Made by a program: the position numbers and the translations under genes. Shown here in pieces: positions 26,565-39,278 of a stretch of 64,000 nt of DNA; the stretch's first letter is position 1, and each line of letters starts with the position of its first letter. The notes below the pieces were generated by a model. That model made no database searches. It saw only the letters and a program-made list of their open reading frames with translations, and was not told the origin of the DNA. This DNA is from the human T2T-CHM13v2.0 reference genome, Homo sapiens. The stretch is from assembly GCF_009914755.1 (NCBI RefSeq), contig NC_060926.1; one strand, written 5' to 3'.

Positions 26565-28590
26565 TAAATGTTTCATTTTTAGATCATTGCTGCCTCATAT
26601 GCAGTGATAAAATGATACAGAGTGATTATAGATACATTTTCTAAGTTTTCTCCAAAGGCAACATCTTGGAAAATTACACTGCATTGTAACAAACAGGATA
26701 TTGGCCCTGAGACAGTCAAGATACAGAACATTGCCATTGCCACAAAATTCCCTCATGCTGCTCTCTATAGTCACCCACACTTCACTCTCTGCCAATCCCA
26801 GGCCCTGGCAATCCCTTATCTGTTCTCCATTCCTATAATTTTGTCATTTCAAAAATGTTAAGAAAATGAAATCATACAGTATGTGACCTTTGGTGATTGG
26901 CTTTTTTTATCACTCAGCCTAATTCTCTAGAGATTCGTCCAGCTTCTTACATGTATCAATAGTTATTTTCCTTTTATTGCTGAGAAGTAGTTGGCAGTGT
27001 GAATGTACCACAGTTTGTTCCTTGTTCACCTGTTGAAGGCCATCTGGAGTTATTTCCAGTTTTTGTCTATTATAAATAAAGCTGCTATAAATAATTTTGT
27101 ACAGATTTTTCTGTGAGCATTTACTCCTCTGGGATAACTGTGCAAGAATACAGTTGCTGAGTAGTGTTTAGTTTTTTCAAGAAGCCTCCAAACTGTTTCC
27201 CAAAGTGACTGTACCATTTTATATTCCCAACAGCAAAATGTAAGTGATCCAATTTCTCTGCATCCTTGCCAGCATTTGAAATTGCCACTAATATATAAAA
27301 TATATATTATATATATTCATATATATGATCTATATATACACATATATATATACACACACACTAGTGGCAATATATATACCAGTGGTGTGTGTATATATAT
27401 ATATAATATGTGTGTGTGTGTGTGTATATATACACTAGTGACAATGTATATACTAGTGGTATATATATATTAGCTATTTGATATGTGTGTACAAATATAT
27501 ATGTGGTTTTCAACTTGCATTTTCCCAGTGATAATGATGTTGAATATCTTTTTATGTACATTTTTGCCATTCGTGTATGCTTTCAGTAAAATATCTCTTT
27601 ATGTCTTTTCCCATTTTATTATCCAATTTTTTTAACTTTAGTTTTGAGAGTGTGTATATATTCTAGATACTAGACCTTTGTCATACATGTGGTTAACAAA
27701 TATTTTTTCCTACTCTATAGCTTATCTTTTCATCCTCTTAAGGGATTTGTGTATTTATTTTTTTACAGACAGAGCAAAATATTTTTAATTTTGATAAAGT
27801 ACAATTGATTTAGTTTCACTTATATAGATTGTGCTTTTGGTGTGCCTTTTTTCTAGCCTTAGATTCTGAAAATTTTTTCCTATTTTGCTTTGGCTTACAG
27901 TTTTACATCTTGAATATAAGTCTGTTCTCCATTTTCAGTTAATTTTTGCTTGAAATGTGAGACTTAGACCAAGCTTCTTTTTTTCTTCTTCTTTGTCTAT
28001 GGATATCCACTTGCTCTAGCACTATTTGTTGAAATCTATCTTTCCTCAATTGAATTGTACTTTTGTCAAATTTGTTTTGGGCATGTTTGTATTGGTCTAT
28101 TTCTGGTTCCTGTGTGCTGTTCAATTTATCTGTGTGTTTGTCTCTGCACAAATATCCTGCAGTCTTGACTGCTGTTGCTATATTATACCTCTTGAAATTA
28201 GGTAGACAGAGTCTTCCTATTTTATTCCTCTTTTTCACTTTTGTTGGCTTTTCTATTTTGTATATTTCCATATAAATTTTAAAACAGTCTTGTTCATATC
28301 CAAAGGAATTTGATAGGAGTTACATTAAAACTGTATATCATTTTGGGTAGAATGCATGTCTTTATTAATTTTTGGTCTTCCAATTCATGAATACCATGTC
28401 TCTCCATTTATTTAGATATTAGGTGATTTCTGTCATAAACATTGTGTAGTTTTCAGCATACAAGTCCTCTACATTTTTGGTAAATTTACAGTTAAATTTT
28501 TTTGAGTGATGTAAATATTATTGTATTTTTAATTTTAATGTCTATGTATTCATTGTTAGTATATAGAAATGCAACTAATGTTTTCAGTGT
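26565..28590 (-). mobile_element. L1MC1/2-like 3' fragment
   Basis: 'acagtcaagatacagaacattgccattgccacaaaattccctcatg...aatcatacagtatgtgacctttg'; antisense ORF2-like ORF 27939-28271. Confidence 0.85.
27290..27502. repeat. complex (TA)/(CA)/(TG) microsatellite inside L1MC
   Basis: alternating purine-pyrimidine tract with repeated cactagtg units. Confidence 0.9.
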
Positions 28591-28669
28591 TTACACATAT
28601 GTGTTTAAAGCATCAATAATTATGATAGTAATCCTATGTATTATGTATTTCTATTGTTCTCATTTTGGA

Positions 28670-29260
28670 AACTATTTTACTCAGATGTAGAAACTGGGCC
28701 TAAGAATGATTGAGTTACATGCTGTATCAGTTACAACTGCTGCATAGCAAACAACTTCAAAAGTTCAATGGCTTAAAACATTTATTTTCTCTCATGCATT
28801 TGTCAGTTAGCTGGGGATTACCTGAGAGGCAACTGCTCTAGGCTGGGCTTGGTTAAGCTGCAGACTGAATCCAGCTCTATTCTGTAGCATCTTTCTTTGG
28901 ACAGTGGGCTAGGAGAGGAATATTCTTCTCTTGGTGGTAACAGAAGTATGAAAAGGCAAGCCAAACCATTTCAACCATGTTAAGCACATGTCAAACTTCT
29001 GCTTGTATCACAAATGTTAATATCCATCGGCCAATGACAGACACATGCTATAGTCCAACATCAGTGGAAAACAGTGATATATTTCATCTCTACCGGGACA
29101 AAAGGCAGCTTGGCACAGGGTATAGATACAGATAGATAAATTATTGGTGCAAATAATTCAACCCTCCACATGTACCCAAGATCCAGCTATTATTAGTATA
29201 AGGTAGAACTAGAGCAGAAGTCCAGGTCTGTCTGAATTCAAAGTACATATATTTTAAGTG
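28670..29260 (-). mobile_element. MIR split by an MLT1J insertion
   Basis: 'ttttactcagatgtagaaactgggcctaaga' before 28723 and 'cccaagatccagcta...tccaggtctgtctgaattcaaagt' after 29170. Confidence 0.6.
28723..29170 (-). mobile_element. MLT1J-like MaLR solo LTR
   Basis: 'tgtatcagttacaactgctgcatagcaaacaacttcaaaagttcaatggcttaaaaca...gctaatatcc-like...aataattcaaccctccaca'. Confidence 0.8.
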
Positions 29261-31244
29261 ATTAATATTATTCCCAATCAATAAAATAAAATGATCACAG
29301 GGTAGGGAATATTTGTTGAATAATGGATTGAATGAAATATTCAATTCTGCTCCTTGCTAAAACTTACTTTGGATATGTAGATATGAACTTCATTTTTGTG
29401 GCAGTGGTGTAAAATTTTTCATCAGGTAAGCAGACTCAGTAATGACTCTGCTTTATTTCCTGTTCCTTCAATATCCAAATATCCTCTGATCACACTGGGT
29501 TATGGAACCTAAAAATGAAACTTTCTCAGTGTTGCAATGAAGTTGTTTTCAGATTTCAGTAAATAATGTTCTCTCTGACATTGTCCTGACTTCTATTTCA
29601 TACCGTTCTCTAGCAAACAACATTATCATCAAAGATCTCCTGCATTTTCATTACCTCCTCATCCCTTAATGTTTTCAGAAGACCTTTTCAAATGTCTTTT
29701 AGGAAGTTAAGTTATCTTTAATGTGTACATTATTTTTACAAGTCACTTGTGTGTTTATAACAAGTTTCGTAATTGCTCTCATGAGGAGGAAGTCTCTATT
29801 TACTATTCAGGGAGTGAAATTAGTACGAAAGAACATCAGAAAGAAGAAATTGAACATTTCTTCAACAGACTTTCAATTATAAATTTTTCCAAAATGGATG
29901 AGAATTCCAGAGGATTTTTGTTTTTGTTTATTTTTTAAGAGGAAGTTGGCAGCTTCTGAGGACAAAACTTGTGATAGAATCTTTAATGTTCTGGAAGAAA
30001 CTGTCATAGCAGACAGTAGAAATCATGCGCGCATGGTCTCATGATGCTGGGCCCTCCTATTTTGTCTTTAGAATCCTAGAATAGATAATTAACAGCTTAT
30101 TTTATGCAGGAAAATCATGAAACCCATACATGATTTATGATGTATTTTTCTATCTTAATCATCTTAGTCAAGGACGTCGTCACTAAATGTAATAGCCAAT
30201 GAGGTGGGAATGCAATCCTCTAGCCTGTGGAGGTCTTTAGGACTATTGATGATTGATGTAGCAAGATAGCCACTGAGCTTATTCAAATTGATGTAGAAGG
30301 ACATACTCTCAGCCTCATACCTGTCTTGCCGGCATCAGATTCCAATACATTATCAGCACCTGAAAATACAAAATTTTACGAGCTAAATTTCTGTAGAAAT
30401 ACCTTGATGGGAAACAAAAATCCTTATCTAATGTTTCAATGGCAAAAACAGATGCTTGGCTACTTTTGCTAAGTATCTGGAACATTACTGTCAGCACTCC
30501 TGTCACTTATTAATAGTTTTCAAATGATGTGAGTATCTGACAGGAAGAAAAAAAAGAACAGTCTGTTTTGAATTCCTTTTAAAATAAACTGTTTCCTTTG
30601 AGGGTTTCTCTTGGGTAGGTGGTGTTTAAAGCTGTCCCTGTGGCTCCGATTTACCCACTGCTTCTTTGTCAAGGAAATTGGTTCTTTCATATTAACTGTT
30701 AAATCTGTCTTACCACTCAGTTTCTATCTGTTTGAAAATAGCTTTCATTTTCAAACTTTGCCAATTTACTAGAGTCACGCTCAAAGTTATTAACCAAGCA
30801 CCCACTTGGGCCATGAATTGAGCTTGCTTGAAACAAAGGGTCCCTGCCATCTGGTAGTTTATCCTGTAAAATTGGAAATAGTATTGCATAAAAATATATT
30901 AAATGTAGGGAAAAGCAAACAGCAAAGCAAATGCATTTATGAGATCAACAATGCAGACTGACAGAAAGAAAATTAAATCTATTCAGTCATTATATCAAAA
31001 AAGAAATTTTTATTTGTGAAACAAACTGGTACTCACAGGTGCTCATGTTTGGTTTGTTCTGTGATCGAACACATAGCTAAAATGTAAAAACCTTAATTAA
31101 ACCTCAAATGGACGTTATTTTCTTGTTTGTCATTTTTAGTTTGCATTTGGGTAGACAGAAATAGAGTAATGATGAATTGATAAAGTATAATAATTTCTCA
31201 ATTTTTCTTCTGTGGATGATTGTTATATTGCCAGTGCTTGTTTT

Positions 31245-31582
31245 TTCTGTTTGTTTTTTTGTTTTTGTTTGTTTGTTTTTGTTTGTTTGTTTTTTGTTTT
31301 GCTTTGCTTTTGAGACGGAGTCTCACTCTGTTGCCGAGGCTGGGGTGCAGTGGCACCATGTCGGCTCACTGCAACCTCCGTCTCCTGAGTTCAAGCAATT
31401 CTCCTGCCTCAGGCTCCCAAGTAGCTGGGATTACAGGCACTCACCGCCACGCCCGGCTAGTTTTTATATTTTTGGTAGAGACAGGGTTTCACCATATTGG
31501 CCATGCTGGTCTCAAACTCCTGACCTCAGGTGATTCACCTGCCTCAGCCTCCCAAAGAGCTGGAATTACAGCACTTTAGGAG
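31245..31582 (-). mobile_element. AluS with inverted (fold-back) 5' end
   Basis: (GTTT)n tail, Alu body, ends ...ggaattaca|gcactttaggaggcc; perfect 15-bp TSD gccagtgcttgtttt at 31230-31244 and 31583-31597. Confidence 0.93.
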
Positions 31583-31674
31583 GCCAGTGCTTGTTTTATA
31601 CCTGGAAAATAGTAGACCATCTATATACAATTTTTGGATAAATTAAAATATCTCATGTGAGGCAGTTTCAGGCT

Positions 31675-31918
31675 GCATGAATATGATTGTAAACTCTGGT
31701 GTTACACTGCCTGATTTTGAATTCCAGCTTCAATACTTTCTAGTTTTGTGATCTCAATAGATCTACTTAACCACTTTGGGCCTATTTTTTTTTTTTTTTT
31801 TGGTCTGAAGAAGAAAATAACGATAGTTTTTTTCTCATAAATGAAATAATATACAAAAACAATCAAGAGTGATGAATGAGGCATAATAAGCACTCAAAAA
31901 TTGTCAGTTATTGTTATT
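31675..31918 (+). mobile_element. MIR
   Basis: 'actctggtgttacactgcctgattttgaattccagct...acttaaccact...ggcataataagcactcaaaaattgtcagttattg'. Confidence 0.75.
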
Positions 31919-31920
31919 TA

Positions 31921-32234
<314 letters not shown>

Positions 32235-32539
32235 GATTAATCACAGAAAATGTTTCCTTTGCTTGTCTTGGGGACATTTTCCTCACATTTTTTTCTGAAC
32301 TCTGAGAATTGTAAGCTAATTTCATTAGCCACAAGGTACAATGCAATAATAAATATTTAATAAAAGAAAAGCCACACACTGAATTAAATTTAACATAAAT
32401 TATTTGTGCATAAGTTCGTGTTTAAGATTACCTACACTTCCATTATCACAACTTATGGAATGAAAAATTGCTTCATGCTTATTTATTTCAAGTTTCTGCC
32501 CTCGTTTTACATTAAATATATCAGGTAAATTAAAAAAAC

Positions 32540-32586
32540 ACATATTAATATTTACTGAAAACAAAACATATTAATATTTACTGAAA
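32540..32586 (+). repeat. 21-bp direct repeat, period 26
   Basis: acatattaatatttactgaaa at 32540-32560 and 32566-32586. Confidence 0.9.
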
Positions 32587-33359
32587 TACATATATAAGAA
32601 AAATTTCAAGATTGAGGGAAACAAAATCAAAAATATGATAGCAGTAAAGAAGCATATAGTTCTTATGATTGTTCTCATTTTTGTCTGCGCCCCAAATGAG
32701 ATCTCTTCAAAGTGCTGCAATCAGTTATACAGGTTTTTATTCATTTGCTTAACATATTCTTATATAAAACCTACTGTGTGCACTATTGAAAAGTAGAAAG
32801 CATAATAATTCTGCTGAAGAAAGACTTTTTCTAACATTGAATTCTTAAAGTAATTCATCATGGAGTTATTACAAAAAGGACATGGAAGAAACAGAATCAG
32901 CAGTATCTTTAACAAAATCTTTACTACAAATGTAATGATCAATTTATATGTCAGTTCTTCGTATGACCTTTGAGAAAAGCTAGAAGCAATAATCAAACTT
33001 TGATTATATTTATAATGCATTATGTTAATATTATATATAATATAATAACTTGAAAGTAAAAAGCAAAAATAATTGATCCTTTGTCAAAGCAGCTGAGGGA
33101 GGATTATAATAAAAATGAAAATCACTTCAATAAACACTTATTGACTGTCTGTTGTGTACCTGAACCTGAGATAGGTGCTGATGTTTTAAAATTAATGAAT
33201 TAGAGCAGTTTCACCTCTTTTGCTTGGTGAGACTTCATATCGGCCAATTACTTTACAGAAGTGGTCATTTTAATTTTACTGAAAAGCAAAAATTTTTTTA
33301 CACTGCCAGTGATAATTTTCAAAACATTACATTGAAGAATTAAGTATAGGTTACTTGCC

Positions 33360-35723
33360 CCAAACCACACAACTACATAGAAATTGAACAACCTACTTCT
33401 AAATGATTCCTGGGTAAAAAATGAAATTAAGACAGAAATCAAGAAGGCCTTTGAAACAAATGAGAACAAAGAGGAAATGTACCAGAATCTCTGGGACATA
33501 GCTAAAACAATGTTAAGAGGGACATTTATAACACTAAATACCTATATCAAAAAGCTAGAAAGATCTCAAATCGACACCCTAACATCACAAGTAAAAGAAC
33601 TAGAGAACCAAGAGCAAACAAACCCCAAAGCTAACAGAAGACAAAAAACAAAACAAAAAAACAAAACAAAAAAAAAAACAAAAAAACAAGATCAGAGTGG
33701 AACTAAAGGAGATAGAGACACAAAAAAACCCTTCAAAAAAATCAATGAATTCAGGAGCTGGTTTTTTAAAAAAATTAATAAAATAGATAGGCCAGTAACT
33801 ATACTAATTAAGAATAAAAGAGAGAAGAATCACAATAAAAAAGATACAATAAAAAATGACAAAGGGGAGATCACCACTGATTCCACAGAAATACAAACTA
33901 CTATCAGAAAATATTATAAACACCTCTATGCAAATAAAACAGAAAATCTAGAAGAAATGAAAAACTTCCTGGACACAGGCACCCCCTAAGACTGAACCAG
34001 GAAGAAGCTGAATCCCTGAATAGACCAATAACAAGTTCTGAAATTGAGGCAGTAATAAAAAACAAAAAAAAGCCCAGGATCAGACAAATTTATAGCTGAA
34101 TTCTACCAGAGGCACAAAGAGGAGCCGGTACCATTTCTTCTGAAACTATTCCAAACAACTGAAAATAAGGGACTTCTCCCTAACTCATTATGAGGCCAGA
34201 ATCATCCTGATATCAAAACCTGGTAGAGATACAACAACAAGAGAAAACTTCAGGAAAATATTCCTGATGAATGTCAATGCAAAAATCCTCAATAAAATTC
34301 TGGCAAATCAAATCCAGCAGCACATCAAAAAGCTTATCCATCATGATCAAGTTGGCTTTAACCCTGGGATGCAAGGCTGGCTCAACATATGCAAATCAAT
34401 AAATGTAACCCATTGCATAAAAATAACTAAAAACAAAAACCACATGATTATCTCGATAGATGCAGAAAAGGCCTTTGATACAATTTAAATCCCTTCATGT
34501 TAAAAAAAAACTCTCAATAAACTAGGTATTGATGGAACATATCTCAAAATAATAAGAGCCATTTGTGACAAACCTACAGCCAATATCATATTGAATACTG
34601 AATAGGAAAAGGCAAAAGCCAGAAGCATTCCCATTGAAAACCACCAGAAGACAAAGATGTCCTCTCTTACCACTCCTATTCAACATAGTGTTGGAAGTTC
34701 TGGCCAGCGCAATCAGGCAAGAGAAAGAAATAAATCATATTCAAATAGGAAGAGAGAAAGTCAAACTGTCTCTGTTTGCAGATGACATGATCCTATATCT
34801 AGAAAACCCCATCATCTCAGCCCCAAAGCTTCTTAAGCTGATAAGCAACTTCAGCAAAGTCTTAGGATACAAACTCAATGTGCAAAAATTCCAAGCATTC
34901 CTATACACCAACAATAAACAAGCAGAGAGCCAAATCATGAATGAATTCCCATTCATAATTGCTACAAAGAGAATAAAATACCTAGGAATACAGCTAACAA
35001 GGGAAGTGAAGGACCTCAACAAGGAAAACTAGAAACCACTGCTCAAGGAAATCAGAGAGGACACAAACAAATGAAAAAACATTCCATGCTCATGGATAGA
35101 AAGAATCAATATCGTGAAAATGGCCATACTGCCCAAAGTGATTTATAGATTTAATGCTATTCCCATGAAACTACTATTGACATTCTTTACAGAATTAGAA
35201 AAAACTACTTTAAAATTCATATGGAAGCAAAAAAGACCCCATATAGCCAAGACAATCCTAAGCAAAAAGAACAAAGCTGGAGGCATCATGGTACCTAACT
35301 TCAAACTACACTACAAGGTAACAGTAACCAAAACAGTGTAGTACTGGTACAAAAACACACATAGACCAATGGAACAGAATAGAGATCTCGGAAATAAGAC
35401 CACACATCTACAACCATCTGATCTTTGACAAACTTGACCAAACAAGTAATAGGGAAAGGATTTCCTATTTAATAAATGGTGCTAGGAAAACTGACTAGTC
35501 ATATGCAGAAAATTGAAACTGGATCCTTTCTTTACACCTTATACAAAAGTTAACTCAAGGTGGATTAAAGACTTAAAATCCAAAACTATAAAACCCTAGA
35601 AGAAAATCTAGGCAACACTATTCAGGACATAAGCGCAGGGAAATATTTCATGATAAAAATATCAAAAGCAATTGCAACAAAAGCAAAAATTGACAAATGG
35701 GATCTAATTGAACTAAAGAGCTT

Positions 35724-35770
<47 letters not shown>

Positions 35771-35897
35771 AACTATTATCAGAGTGAACAGAAATCCTGC
35801 AGATCCAGAATCTATAAGGAGCTTAAACAAATTTACGAGAAAAAAAAACAACCCCATTAAAAAGTGGGCAAAGGACATGAACAGACACTTCTCAAAA
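33360..35897 (+). mobile_element. older L1PA (about PA8-PA13) ORF2 fragment including RT, lacking both ends
   Basis: broken ORFs [60 protein letters not shown]; no 3' UTR or poly-A. Confidence 0.95.
35727..35764 (+). repeat. (CA)19 microsatellite inside L1 ORF2
   Basis: cttctg(ca)19aacaca. Confidence 0.95.
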
Positions 35898-35898
35898 T

Positions 35899-36160
35899 GG
35901 CTGGAGTATAGTGGTCTAATCATGGCTCAGTGCAGCCTCAAACTCCTGGTCTCAAGTCATCCTCCCACCTCAGCCTCTGGAGTAGCTAGGAATATGAATG
36001 TTTGCTACCACACCCAGCTAATCTCTTTTTAAATTTTTTATTTGGAGACAGGGTCTCACTATGTCACCTAGGCTGGTCTCAAACTCCTGGCTTTAAGTGC
36101 TCCTCCTGCCTCAGCCTCCCAAAGTCCTGGGATTACAGGTGTGAGTCATTGCTGATAGCC
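35899..36160 (-). mobile_element. AluJ lacking its 3' end and tail, fused to L1
   Basis: 'ggctggagtatagtggtctaatcatggctcagtgcagcctcaaactcctgg...ggattacaggtgtgagtcattg' starts directly after L1 'cacttctcaaaat'. Confidence 0.9.
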
Positions 36161-37015
36161 TAAAATTAGTTTTCAATTTTCATGCCATCACCAACAAAAG
36201 GATAAAGAGACGACAGCTCCAAAAGTGTGGGCACTAGGGAAAATCATTATTGTATTAAGAATTCTCCACAAATAAAACATGGAGGTGAAACAGTGTGAAA
36301 AAAACAAGACTTGACTCCAATTGTGTTTCAGTTATTTGTCTCCATGAATCTGTAGCATTCATTTAAAATAAGGATTACTGAAGAGAGAAAACATTTTAAA
36401 TGAATTAAGTCCATTTTATTAGAATATAATCCTGATTAAGGCTAAGGATCTCATTTGATCCATATTGTTCTTGAAAGATATTGATAAAGCTTCAGAAAAT
36501 TTAAAGAAGAAAATCCTAGAGAAATTTTTTTTTCAGTTTTTCCCGTAATTGAGGCCACATTAAGCTTGGTATTTCTCCCTAAATTTATTATTCTTCTGTG
36601 AATAATTTTTGTTTCAACTTGTCTTTTTCAGAGGAAAAATTATCCCACTTTTTTGCTCTCAGATATTTACATTGAAGTTTAAAGGTTTTAAATAAAGATA
36701 CACAATAGAGATAAATTTTTCTTTTATCGGTGGCATTTGAAGTATTTTTTTTTCTCAAAAATGAGTGCTTTGTGTTCAGTTCAATTATTTATACATTATA
36801 TATTGCTCCAGTGTGCTGTCTCAAAGATATTTCTCCCTGGAAATGTATATAAAATGATTATAATTTAATTGCTTTTAAATGTTACATGATGAAGTATGAA
36901 ATTATAGTCTTGCTTTTTGCATTTGGATTGCTAATGATGGCTGTTTTTGGTGTAAATATGTGTGTATATACTTTTCAAACAAGTGCTGGTAATGATTTAC
37001 TTATAAGAATTCTTT

Positions 37016-37310
37016 GGCCAGGCACGGTGGCTCACGCCTATAATCCCAGCACTTTCGGAGACTGAGGCTGGAGGATCACAAGGTCAGGAGTTCGAGACCA
37101 GCCTGACCAACATGGTGAAACCCCGTCTCTACTAAAAATACAAAAATTAGCTGGGCGTGGTGGTGCGTGCCTGTAATCCCAGCTACTCAGGAGGCTGGGG
37201 CACGAGAATCACTTGAATCTGGGAGGTGGAGGTTGCAGTGAGCCGAGATCATGCCATTGCACTCCATCCTGAGTGACAGAGCAAGACTCCCTGTCAATAA
37301 CAACAACAAA
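37016..37310 (+). mobile_element. AluSg-like
   Basis: ggccaggcacggtggctcacgcc...gatcacaaggtcaggagttcgagacc; degenerate TSD aagaattcttt/aaaaattattt. Confidence 0.95.
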
Positions 37311-38409
37311 AAAATTATTTGACCATGCTATAGGATAACATAATCATGTTTTGTTTCATATATCCAATCACTTAAGCACAGTTCTAGGCATTGACCAAGG
37401 AAAAAGAACAAATGAACATATAATGAGGAAAATGTTACAACAAGACCTTGGCTATATTTATGGTCCTTGGCTGTATGATGCTCTGGGGAATTCTGTGTCC
37501 TAGTAAGATTTCTCTTCTCTATACATTCTTTAAATTAGGAGGAAAAAAGATAAGAGCTGAGAAAAATAAAAATAGGTATTCCTCTGCCTAATGTAAGACT
37601 GTAGTTTTTTTATTATTAGTTTTAATTTTTTTCATATATATTCATCCATCAAATACCTAGTCTAGTTTCAATACATATGTGGCCAGTTGATTTTATGTAT
37701 TTTTTTATTGGTAATACATTATGTCTGCTCACTCATTTTCAAATTTGAACTACTGATATAAATGAATTTGTCAGACATATGGATAATTGGCCACCAAATA
37801 CCCAAAATCCTAGAAAAGATTCAATTTATATATAATACCTTCCCATTGAATGGATAATCTGTTAGTAGGTCAATCTTTATAGACTAATAGGAACTCACTA
37901 TTCCCCTAGTTAGAATGTGGTCTTTTTATATTAAAAGGCCAAACATATTATCTCTTCATAGGCATATCTTAAAATACTGTTTTTAAATATATGATATAAA
38001 ATATACATATTATATATATATATGCTTATTTTTCTCAGTAGTCCCAGAATAAGCCAGACATTTTGCTACTGAAAATAAGATGTTATGTAAAGTTAATACT
38101 AAAATAAATAAATTTCTTCACAAATTGTTCCTAATTTATCTTTGTATTATTATCTCTCTAATGGCTATAATTGTTGTCATCTGTATTCATGAATATTACT
38201 TGAGTTCTAAACCTCCATTTTATGACTTTGGTCATGCTTTTTTTTTCCTGCCCTGAATTTTTCCTCTTCCCCTTTATTTTCTTTCTAAGACTGTGCTTTT
38301 AATTCCAAACGATAGTCTCAAATGACCGATGAAGTAAACTAAAAATACTTTAGCCTGCATCAACATTTCTTTTTCTTTGCATTTTATAGTACTTATACTT
38401 TATACCTGA

Positions 38410-38940
38410 TTTATTCATCCATTGGTTCTTTAAATAAGTATGTCTTAAATTTTACGAGTTACACTATAGTCTGGGAACATAACAATGAATAAAGCTCAAT
38501 CCCTGTCCTCAGCAATCTAATAGCCTAATGTCTCAGCTGATAAAAACATACTATGAACTTTCCAAGTAAACAGAAGTTTCTTCGAGTTCAATTATCTTAT
38601 TTTCCTTCTTTACTCATCATGGTATCATAGTACTTATAACTCTGAAAAGCACACAGTACGTTCTTAATTAATATTTGACAAAATGAATGTATGAAAGCAT
38701 TAATGCATAAAATTGTGTGACGGTGCAAGTGCTATAGTACAGAAGTTTACAGGAAAAGGAACCTAGCTGCTTCAAAAGCACCTGAAGAAGAGATGTTGGA
38801 CTATTGAGTTGATACTTAGATAGCAAGGGATGGCTACTAGGTGTAAAAAAAGAAGAAAGATGTCACAAGAAATGGCAAAAAGACATGAAAAAATGCGGTA
38901 TATGGCACTTTAGAGAACTGTAAGGAATTTGATATAATTC
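38410..38940. mobile_element. L2 fragments
   Basis: 'aacaatgaataaagctcaatccctgtcctcag' (antisense L2) and 'aatatttgacaaaatgaatg' (sense L2 3' end). Confidence 0.5.
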
Positions 38941-39099
38941 ATTCCAAGCTTCAAACCCTTCTATATTTCTCTTGACAAACTCCCAGATCTTTTAAATACA
39001 GAAAGGATTGTTGGTTGGTTGGTTGGTTGGTTTTTAATTTAAAGCAGATCCAATTTCTTTGCTTAAAACTCATGCTGATGTCAAACAATAAGTAGAGAA

Positions 39100-39278
39100 T
39101 AAATCTTGGATTAAAAATCAGAACATGCTAGTTATAAAAAATATAACTTTAACTCACTGTAGGGCCTTTGAAAGTTAACTTTCACTCTCTAAGCCACAAT
39201 TTACACACAAATATAATGAAAATGTTGCAATAGATAGTCTCTCTAGTCCTTCCCGCCACAGAATATTCTATGATCCTT
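39100..39278 (+). mobile_element. MIR3/MIR
   Basis: 'aactcactgtagggcctttgaaagtt...ctctaagccacaattt...tctctctagtccttccc...attctatgat'. Confidence 0.6.

Noticed and set aside
33384-35923. Reverse-transcriptase ORFs with FADD, considered as a possible novel RT system
   Set aside because: Ordinary L1 ORF2 broken by stops and frameshifts
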